Shown here: in pieces, positions 54,201 to 64,000 of the stretch
Position numbering within the stretch: the first letter of the stretch is position 1
Layout: every line of letters begins with the position of its first letter
NCBI RefSeq assembly: GCF_018977255.1
Contig: NW_024704751.1
Coordinates: forward strand, 496,001 to 560,000
Length of the DNA stretch: 64,000 nucleotides
DNA from: Callorhinchus milii
Taxonomy: Eukaryota
Direction: 5' to 3'
Translations under genes and position numbers: made by a program
The notes under the pieces: model-generated
Told to the model about the DNA's origin: nothing
What the model saw: only the letters and a program-made list of their open reading frames with translations
The model's database searches: none

Positions 54201-57144
54201 CATATGTCCCAAACTACTTATGTACCATATCCCATAATGTTATTTCCTAAAAGAAAACTATTTAATCTGTGTTTGAAAGAATCAACACTTCCTGCTTCAA
54301 CCGTCTCTCCAAGACCCTCCTCTTCAACCATGCCATCGGCCACCCCTCTTCCCCTCCCCTCCCTTCTTCCCCGCCCGATGCCAGCTCGGGTCTGAAATGC
54401 TATTACACTGACTAGCGCCTTGGGACGTCCTCCCAACGTGAAAGGCGCTATACAAATGTAATCTTGTTGTTGTCTCCCTAGGGAGCCTGTTCCGCAGTGA
54501 GGCAAGCAGGGAGTTAGCATACACTGGAAAGGAATTCTTGCATGCTGGTGCTGGTAAGGTGCTAGGGGGGATTTTCTGATAGAAATCAAATAAATTTACG
54601 GTATTGTTAACAGAACAATTCTAATATTAATGGTCCTCAAATAGCCCAAATGAAAATAATCCAGGGAGGTAACAGTTAAGGTAGCTGGAGCTGTGTGTTA
54701 GTATCAAGCCAAGGTCTCAGGGCTGCTCCTGTGCAGCATGTGTTGACTAACACTGGCGCCTGGTCTCTGTTGCAGTCTGCTCCCTGGTGGCTGCCCGTGG
54801 AGAAGACGTTCTGGCGACAGGTGAGTGTCAGTGTGATGATGAGTGAAAGTCTCATTAGCTCCTGGTATCCTGGGTGTGGTTCAGTTACACCTCTGTCCAC
54901 AGTCAAATAAGCTTTAATTTTCATCCCCTGAGTTACATAGCAGTGTCACATACATATACAGACCTCACACACATATCTAAATGTACATATCCTGCCACTT
55001 TAAGCAGTCTTCTGTTTGCCCTTTAGAGAGATGGAGTCCTTTAGCTCAGTGGTTAGAGCACTCGCTTCACAAGTGAGAGACCTGGCTTCAATTCCGGGCA
55101 AGTTTGAGTACTCCACATGCCCCTGTTTACTTAGCAGTAAGTAGGAACCCAGTTGTCAGTCGATTGGCAGATCGCTTTTCCGGGGATAATAATTTCTTCG
55201 AAAAATAATAATAATGAATTCAATCCACAATTGTTTGTGGGGACGCTGCTGTGCACAATTGGATGCCGTGTTTCGCCCACAAAATATACAGTCAATTCAC
55301 TTTATAGTATATTCTGTGAAGCGCTTTGAGACGTATCAAAGTCGTGATAAAGCGCTATATCCAATGCAAGGATTATTATTGCCAGTGAGCGACAGATGTA
55401 AGTGTTGCTGTGTGTTGGCCATGCGGTGACAATGTCTCACGGATAATATCTGACGGGTGATTTTACATAGCGCTGAGCGAAAGTGCTAACTGCTGGCTGG
55501 AATATCAGATTGATCAGGTGACACTGCAATAACTTTAAGCCAGCAGGTCCCGGCTCGGGGATTAAGGAGCGTCTGGACTGGCCGGTGGTGCAGGTGAGCT
55601 GGGCAGATGCGCTAGCCTGTTGTGCCTGGCTGGGGAAGCGACTACCCACGGAGCCTGAGTGGGAGTTTGCTGCTCGAGGAGGCCTGGACGGTAAGTGAAA
55701 AGCTTTTGTTCACAGGCTGTAACGGTTCTGTCTCCAGGTTCCCTGTTTATATTGTTCTCTCAAACATAACTAATGAAGAAATGGGGAGATTGTTTCTTCC
55801 CTTCCCACCTCTCTGTGAAGGTGTTCGTTCATTACCACCCTCACTCACTCACTCACACACACACACCATTGTGATTTGTGGCTTAGCGATGTGCAATATG
55901 TGGGAGGAGAAGTGAAACAGAATTAATAGTGCACTTTGTCTGTTTTCAGGCAGGACGTACCCCTGGGGCAACAAGTTCCAGCCAAATCGTACAAATCTCT
56001 GGCAGGTACTGAAGCTTTAAGAAACTTTTAAAATATTAAATATAAATGATGTTTATGTCTGATCCAGCGTTGATGACTCTTCGTTGCATATATTTATTGT
56101 ATAAAATATTTTCTGTAACAGGGAAAATTCCCAGAACGGGACACGGCAACTGATGGGCATCACGGAGTTTCCCCTGTACGGGCCTTCCCACCTCAGAACA
56201 GTTACGGTGAGCATTCCCTCAGCTACTTACAGAGTAACAGGCCTATGTTCCAGTGACCCATAGCCCTGACTGAGGAAAAGCATTGTGATGAGTTGTGTTG
56301 TGCTGTGTTTTGTTGTACTGCGCTGTGTTGTATGTCACTTGGTTCCTTTACTGATGTATGTTGATTTGGGGCCAGGTATGTACGACATGCTGGGAAACGT
56401 ATGGGAGTGGACGAGCACTGAATACCTGGCTCCGGGCTCCCCCGCGAGAGCCAATGGCCCGAGTCTGCGAGTCCTGCGCGGAGCGTCCTGGCTGGACACG
56501 GCCGATGGGTCTGCTAATCACAGAGCCCGTGTCACCAGCAGGTAACTGAGCAATTAATCAGTCACAGCCTGGTAACCGGAAGTAAGAGTTAATAGTAAGA
56601 GTAACTGAATGGTAAAGAGGAGTAACACTGGGATGTTTCTGTAATATAATAATAATACTGCATTTGATACAGAAGCTTTCACTGCCACACCATCAAGAAG
56701 CCTCAAAGCACTTCACAGCATATACTGCCAAGTGTAGTGACTGTATTTTGTAGGTGAATGCAGCCAAATCGCACACAGTGACGTCCTCGCAAACAGTCAT
56801 GAAGTGAACGAGGGATTGTTTAGAAATTAAGTTTCTTGTGATGCAGTAATCGTAACCTCCCGACACAAGCCAGCTAATTGCCTCCAGTTCATCTCTGCAC
56901 CCCATGGGAAGGGAACTGTGTGTGCAGTGCCTGTACTGTGCCACAGGGTGGAATGTTGGTACATTCTGGGGCACTGTGACTGCCGAGGCAGAGGTTGCTT
57001 TGTGAGTGTTTTCAGACCGAGTCTTTGTTTCACAGAATGGGGAACACCCCAGACTCGGCTTCAGATAACCTGGGCTTTCGCTGTGCCACGAGCAAGGTGT
57101 CCGCTCAGCAAAAACACCCAGTGGGAAAGAGAGCAGAACTGTGA
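51289..57144 (+). CDS. SUMF2: Sulfatase-modifying factor 2 (inactive FGE paralog), 9 coding exons, about 312 aa
   Basis: Exons 51289-51355, 51439-51583, 51921-52035, 54776-54820, 55540-55690, 55950-56005, 56122-56206, 56376-56541, 57036-57144. Signal peptide, [44 protein letters not shown] and C-terminal RAEL. Confidence 0.94.
52238..53125 (+). repeat. Unclassified interspersed repeat (copy A), split by a SINE
   Basis: Homologous to 61920-62445. Confidence 0.75.
52766..53083 (+). mobile_element. tRNA-derived SINE, short young variant
   Basis: Near-identical to the 41183 copy. Confidence 0.9.
53700..54080 (-). mobile_element. CR1 LINE 3' fragment
   Basis: gaaggaggccattcggccc tail reverse complemented, plus a degenerate ORF2 C-terminus. 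Confidence 0.65.
55033..55380 (+). mobile_element. tRNA-derived SINE, long variant
   Basis: Head, body and tail. Confidence 0.8.
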
Positions 57145-57903
57145 GCCATCCAGAGGGAGGAGTGAGGATCTGGATGTGACTGCACAGGGAGGAACTTCTC
57201 CTACGGAGAGATTTAAACCTTTTAATTTTGTAATTTTACAGACAGAAATGAAATAAAACTGAAAAGTCATCGCATTGTGCACAGATTTTCAATTTCTCCC
57301 CTTCCCCACCCTCCCATTGCTGGTTTGTGTGGGTCAGTCTCACATCGAGCCTTCTGAGAGGGGAGAGGTGATCTCTTTGTATGCACAGCACAACCCTGGA
57401 TTGAAAACAGCAGTGAGGTGAATGACTAAGTTTGTTCTGAAAGGAATAGTGGCTGGAAACTGGGAGAAACTGCTTTCTCTTTGTTCGAAAGTGTCGCCCA
57501 ATTTTTTTTAATGACAGCCTCGAGAACAGGCAGACAGGAGTTCACTTTTAACATCTCATCACAAAGACTGCATCTGCCTACAGAGACTGGATCAGATTGT
57601 TCTGCTGTTTTTGCTGGATTAGTGCTAGGGATTGGGCAGTGTGCGCGCAGTCACCCCCACTACCGGGGTGATGGCCCGAGGATCGGGTTCAGCAGGTGAG
57701 AGGTCAGGATCGATGACGCCTTATCCCGCTCTTAAAAGTTGGTAAGTAAATAACAGGCACAATTTGCCATTGAGTTTGATTTTCATAAGTTTCGGGGACA
57801 AATTTATTAAAAAAGAGAAATAATTCAAGGCTGTTTACATGGGGACGAGAAGATTTGTGTGAACGCCAGGGGCCGGGGCTGCACACAGAGCCAGCCCTGT
57901 GCC

Positions 57904-60900
57904 TTAGGGCAGGTCTAATGGGCTCTCTGCCATTATTGAAAACAGAATAGCCTTTGGAGTGTTCTCGAACAAAGCTGCTCTGTTCTGCTGCTCGCCCTTC
58001 TTCACCCAGTGCCCGTAGATCTTGAATGCACAGCCGTCTATCATCTTGCGGAGATCCTTGATGCCGTAAGGGTCCCTGATCAACAGCTCCTTGCTGATGG
58101 GCTTGGACTGACGGTAATGGTGGTAGATACGAATTGAGGCCAACACAGTCCAAATGATGCTCTGAAATGGGAGTTAGAGAAACCAAATGACACCCAGGGT
58201 GGCACCTGCTGACTAACACACGGCAATGCTTAGGTCTGCGTATGGAGGGATATGGAGCAAAGGTGGGTAAATGGAGTTCAGATACAGATCAGCCATGATC
58301 TATAAATAATAATAATCCTTGCATTTGATATAGCGCTTTTCACGTCTTCTAGACATCTCAAAGCGCTTCACAGAATATACTGTAAAGTGAATTGACTGTA
58401 TATTTGTGGGCGAACGCGGCAGCCAATTGTGCACAGCAGCGTCCCACAAACAGTCGTGGATCGAAAATGACCAATTTATTATTGTTTTTGGTTTTGGAGG
58501 GATTATTATTAGGCTCTGTGTGGAGTAAGGAAACTTGCCCAAGGTTTCGCTCTGTCGGGAATCAAACTCGGGTCTCTCGCTTGTGAGGCGAGTGCTCTAA
58601 CCACTGAGCTACAGGACTCCACGAGTAGAATGACAGAACAGGCTCGCGGGGCTGAATGGCCTCCTCCTGTTTCCATGTCCCTCATATGCTGAGGAATTCC
58701 AGGCCTGGGCCTCGGCGGAGTTCTGAGCTCCAGTGAACACGCTGCGTCTCTCACCTTGAATTTTCGGTACGGGCTGAAGTTTCTGACCTCCTCCACAATG
58801 TACTGCTGGAAGAAGGGATGAGCCAGCGCCTGCTCCGCTGTGTAACGCTTGTCAGGGTCCACAACCAGCAAGTGTGAGATCTGGGGACAAGATACAGCAG
58901 GAGAGGAGTCACCACAAACTGGGGGGGGACACAACAAGCCCCGTCGCTGGCTCAGTGTGTTTGAGACTGACAGGAGGCAGCTGTGTGAGTGCAGGGTCCG
59001 GATCAGCCGATATCGTCTCATCTCCCGCTACCTCCAGCCCTCGATCTCATCTCAATATGAAATGTGATGAAATTACAATGTCTCGGAGGGACCGTACAGA
59101 CACCTGTACCTGTCTCATGATTGAGGCAGAACAGGTTTGTGGTGAGGGTCAGGAATTTGGGGTTAATTTAAGAAACAGCTCGATGTTGTAATGGGAGGGC
59201 GGTCAGTCAGGCAGATGGGATTCTAGGAGATCAATAATGAGGCTTCTGATGAATTGTCTGTGCATCAAATATAAAGCAAACGGGTTACAGTGAGTGTGAA
59301 AGTCACGGTTCCTGTCACTCTGGCTCTCGTTCACTGAGAGACCGGTGATGTGGCAGTGCTGAACTGAGTGAAATGACCAGCGATGGGAGGGAGGGAGGTT
59401 TAACACCCGTCACAACGCATTGTATTGTGTTTGGCTTAAGATTTTATATAAATAAAGACTCTTCAGGATTGGAGGGTTTGTTACACGGCCACTTAAAACA
59501 CCAGCAAAGGTGAGGCCAATCCTAGAACTCCAATCCTCTTGCGTTTTTTTTTGTGCTTTTAAAGAGTTGAGGAACACAATCTTACTGGATTCTGGAGGAT
59601 TGTCTGTTATATTATATATTAGTGTTTACAGTGATCAGCCTCGCTCACAGCCTCCCCACTGACCAGATCTTTCACCGTGTCCGAGTGATCCTCCCACTCT
59701 GGAGAATCATAATTGTAATTTCCGTCCATGATCATCCGTAACATCAGCATCTGTTTCCGGTGCCAGAATGGAGGCGAGCCAGCGAGTAGCGTGTACATAA
59801 TCACCCCGCAGCTCCACCTGCACACGCCAATCACACGCCAATTACACACCAATTACACAGCTCAATAGTTACACTCTTGAGTGTACAAACACATGATTAT
59901 AAGTTGTCATTCCTCAGTATCGACCTCTCGCTCTTACTCACAAGTCCACTTGGGTGCTGTATCCAGGATGTGCCTCATTCATAGAACACTCCAGTATCTC
60001 GGGAGCCAGATAGCCAGGGGTCCCGCACAGCTCTGCAGGAAACAAGTTGAAGTCACAACAGAACCTTTCCACATCTCCCCACCCCCACATCAATCATCCC
60101 TTTACACCGTTGTGACGTCTCTTCAATGAGTCCCAGTGGCCTTGTCTGACCCCCCCTCCCCGCCCCCCACCTTACCCTGGTAACCCTGTCCCAGGGGAAA
60201 ATCCCCCCAATCCCCCCCTTGGGTTTAGGGAGGTGTGTGATTGGGGCGTGCGTGAGGGGGATGAGGTGTATGGAACGTCCTTCTGATGTGAGAGGCGCTA
60301 TACGAATGTAATCTTGTTGTTGTAATTGTTGTGTGTTGTGTTTGAGAGCTAGGGGTCTGACCTCGGAGATGCTCCTCGGGAGCGAGCTGATAGGAGAAGC
60401 CAAAGTCGGACAGTTTGATATTCATGTCATCATCGAGGAGGACGTTTTCTGGTTTCAGGTCACGGTGAACAATGTTCATGGAGTGAAGAAACTGCACCAC
60501 TTCCAGCAGCGCTCGCATGATCTTCCTACACACACGGACAGAAAACAAGAAATCAGTGTGTGAACACAGACACTCACAGAGAACAGGCGGTCAGTGTGAA
60601 CACAGACATACACACACACATACAGAACAGTCAGTGTGAAGACAGACACATTCACAGAGAACAGACGGTCAGGGTGTGAACACAGGCACACACACCAGAC
60701 AGGTCAGTGTGGGGAAACCAGCCCCTGAAGTGATGGGACTGTTGACTGAACGAGCAGTGAGGTGTAGTGAACAGCGAAGTGTAACATACTGTTTCCTGGC
60801 ACCGTTTACCTGGTTTCCTTTTCACTTAAACTGACTTTGTCGGTGAGGTAGTCAAACAGCTCGCCTCTCTTCATCCTGGAACAGGAGAGATTGTCATGTT

Positions 60901-63900
60901 ACTGACCACCATCGGTGGGCAGCCTTCAGCCTCTCTGCCCTCACCACCTGGAACTCCATCCCACAGTCCCTCTGCCTCACTCCCTCACTCGCCTTCTTCG
61001 AGGCCTGTCTCAAGACCCTCCTCTTTGACTGTGCCTTCAGCCACCCTCCTATGCCACCCTCCCTGCCCATGGATCAGGAGATCCATCCTGATCCCAACCC
61101 TCAGCTCGGGAAAGTTGCTGAATAATGTAACTTGTTGTTGGTTCTAATAATAATAATCCTTGTATTTGATATAGCGCTTTTCACGTCTTCTCGACGTCTC
61201 AAACCGCTTCACAGAATATACTGTAAAGTGAAATGACTATATTTTGTGGGCTAGACCCAGAGAGAGAGTGGGGGTGGGGGGCAGTGTGAGAGCGGGTAAC
61301 TGATCACTGAAATGCTGAGGCTGTGTCACCGGAAAAGGTCAGGAGTTCTTGTTATAGACGTGTTAATTGTAACAGAGTATGAGAGAATAAATGGGTTATT
61401 GCCACTGAGGTCAGTCAGAACATGGGGTCAGCAGGAGGGTCAGAGTGGGGGGAGATTACAGGGCGTTTCACCCACAGTCATTGCGACACAAACCCATCAG
61501 CACGAGAGGCCCAGACAGTGACCTGATACTGAAGAAAATTAATCCCAGGTATTGGGGGAGATGGGGGCTGAATGGCTTCCTTCCCAGTGTGTGTGAGTGT
61601 GTCAGTTTCTGTGTTTGTATGTCAGTATATGAGCGTATTTGAATATGTCAGTGCCAGAGGGAGAGGGAGTACTTTTTCAATGCAGCAACCTTTAGAACAG
61701 AAAAATGCGATAGAAAATATCAAAGTTCAGCGCTGGGATGTTGCTGTGTAAAGCTGTAGCTATTTTAGTGAGGAGCAGTTTTGAGAAGGCTGCGGATAAC
61801 TGCATCTGAGGAAAGTTACACAATATCAACCCCAAGTATCAGCTTACCTTCAGCACGCTCGCACAGCACAACACACGTCAAAACGTTTTGGCTCACACTG
61901 GCACTTTTTGGGGGTAAGCCGGGTGTCTGACACATGGGGAAACCCATCACTGTGCTTAAGAGTATTCAAACCAAGCTGAGATGTCTGTGCATCCCACCTA
62001 CACATGAAATCCCAGGGATAGATTGTTGGATTGGAATGCGTGCGCTCTCTCGCTCTCTCCCTGGAGGGACGCTTCCTGCTGACCTATTTCCAGAAACTAT
62101 TAGGCGCAGGTTGGCCAGGGCCAAGGCTTCGGGGGGAACCCAAAATGTGTGTTGGCATAATTGCTGGAGTCTAACCAGCTAAAACCACATAGCTTGCCAT
62201 TGATATTGTCTGCATTTCCACTGCTTGTCCAGCTAGGACCAATCTACCCGTTAGGGCTCTGGCTTGGAAGGTTAACAGGAGCTGAGTGAGATAACCTTCC
62301 AGGTCCTGCAAATGAGCTGAGCTGTGCTGTCATCAGCAGTGCCCTGGAGTACTGCGGACCCATCTGGATCAGGAACCAGAGGGCTGGCTCCATTCCGACA
62401 TTGTATCGCCAGGCATGTCACCTTGGAGCCAGTTCAGACTATCAAGGAGGATAGTCACTAGTGGCATAAAGAGTCACATATAAATACATTACAAAGGTGA
62501 ACACACTTTTCAGTGTTTTAACCTTTCAGCCCAATGGTGGCCTGAATATAAACAGTTGACCAGTGTGCCAGTGGGAGATTACTCAATAACAACAATTTGT
62601 ACTTATATAGCGCCCTCCACACAGGGTAGCGTCTTAAAGCACTTAACAGTGGCGGAGCCTGACTTTGAGCCGGGGGGAGGAGGTGGTGACCGTAAGCATG
62701 ATCGAAAAGGAAGTTTTTCAGGCGGGACTTGAAAAAGTGGAGAGAGGGGGCAAGGCTGAGGGACTGAGGGAGAGTGTTCCAGAGCTTCGGGCCGTAGTGG
62801 CTGAAAGCGCGACCTCCATTGGTGGGGTGGAGCGTGCGAGGGACGAGCAGGTCGAGCGAAGGTGTCGGGTGGTGGATTGGGAATTGGGGGGGTCAGGGAG
62901 CTCGGGTGGTACCAGGGAGTGAAGGGATTTGAACACAAGAGTGAGGATCTTGAAGTCGATCCGTTCGGTGATGGGGAGCCAGTGGAGCCTGGGCCAGAAC
63001 TGGTGAGATGGGGGTACAGAGTTTGGTCTGAGTCAGTATGTGAGCGGCAGAGTTCTTTCCGAATGAGCTGGATTTTTTGAATAGTGGAGCTGTTGTTAAC
63101 GGATACCAACTCTGAAATAACAAACTATCGCAGAGGTAAAAGAAAATCACAAACACCAAACGCACAAGCACCAAATACACAATCTGTGAGATTTGCAAAG
63201 CCAAAGCCATACACAGGCAAATCCCGTTCAGAATTCCCCATTTGTGGGAATTGGTAACAACAACTTGCACTTATACAGCGTCTCTCACGTAAAGTAACAT
63301 CTCTTGCGGGGGGAGGGGGGGGGGTGTTGCGTGGGGTGAGCGTGGTGAGACACTGATCGGGGTTAATACTGTCAGTGTTAATCCCGCTTTTGTACAGAGA
63401 CGATGGTGGGCAGACGGGAGATACTCACAAGTCAAACACCAGGAAGAAGAAGGTTGAGGTTTGGTAACAATCCTTCAGCGAGACTGGAACACACAAAGAC
63501 AGACAGCGGTGCTTACTCACTGTCAACCATTTTATTCCATTTCCCATTCTCCTCCCTCTCTCTCTGACCCTCACTCATTTTCACTCACTCATACTCCCTT
63601 TCTCTCTCTCGCACACACACTATCTCTGGGATTTCCATGTGTAGGTGGGATACATGGAATTCTCTGCTTGGTTTGGAGAACCTTAAACATGGCGATGGGT
63701 TTCCGCATGTGTCAGCCACCTGGTTGACCTCTCACTCTCTTATCTTACCTCTAGTAAGATAATAATAATCTCATACACTCTCCCTCTCCCTCATATACTC
63801 ACTCTCTCACATATTCCCTTCCTCTCTCATATACATACACACTCTCTCCCTTTCTCTCACACTCACTGTCTCTCATACAGTCTCACACACACTTTCACAC

Positions 63901-64000
63901 ACTCACACTCTCTTGCTACACGTACTGATGTGTGGATGCTCTGCCACTTTCTGTAGGATCTCGATCTCCAGGACGGTTGAAACACGGATTTCCTCCAGCT
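57904..64000 (-). CDS. PHKG1: Phosphorylase kinase catalytic gamma subunit (muscle type), 5' part outside the window
   Basis: Exons >64000-63926, 63483-63429, 60875-60810, 60525-60362, 60032-59942, 59817-59664, 58880-58755, 58161-57904. Shows [21 protein letters not shown] and the CaM-binding [20 protein letters not shown]. Tail-to-tail with SUMF2 as in human. Confidence 0.93.
58304..58620 (-). mobile_element. Short young tRNA-SINE inserted into a CR1 3' tail (58230-58685)
   Basis: gatcagccatgatc lies left of the SINE and gaacaggctcgcggggctgaatggcc lies right of it. Confidence 0.85.
61920..62445 (+). repeat. Unclassified interspersed repeat (copy B)
   Basis: Shares gggtgtctgacacatg, acatagcttgccattgatattg and gttaacaggagctgagtg with copy A. 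Confidence 0.75.
62590..63090 (-). mobile_element. L2 LINE 3' fragment
   Basis: KIQLIRK..., [20 protein letters not shown] and an L2-type tail. Confidence 0.75.

Overview
Eukaryotic vertebrate genomic DNA, probably a cartilaginous fish and perhaps a holocephalan (inferred from the tRNA-derived SINE, CR1 tails and compact introns). There is one 152-N gap at 37538-37689. The window holds the block syntenic to human 7p11.2: MRPS17(-), NIPSNAP2/GBAS(+), PSPH(-), CCT6A(+, hosting an intronic SNORA15-like snoRNA), SUMF2(+) and the 3' part of PHKG1(-). I reconstructed all of these exon by exon from splice sites. Two extra items are not in the human block. One is a merlin (NF2)-like paralog whose exons 1-11 are intact but whose C-terminal exons are missing at a 1.3-kb G-rich repeat. 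The other is a disrupted NTF2/SnoaL-like gene between NIPSNAP2 and PSPH that resembles a plant/fungal-type family. Other oddities are a perfect 46-bp-arm palindrome at the SUMF2 5' end, an 8x CCAAT tandem array in a divergent promoter, a 154-bp duplication in adjacent CCT6A introns, a GC-AG intron, tandem Tx1-like LINE ends and an unclassified repeat family. Family calls come from recalled motifs, not database searches.
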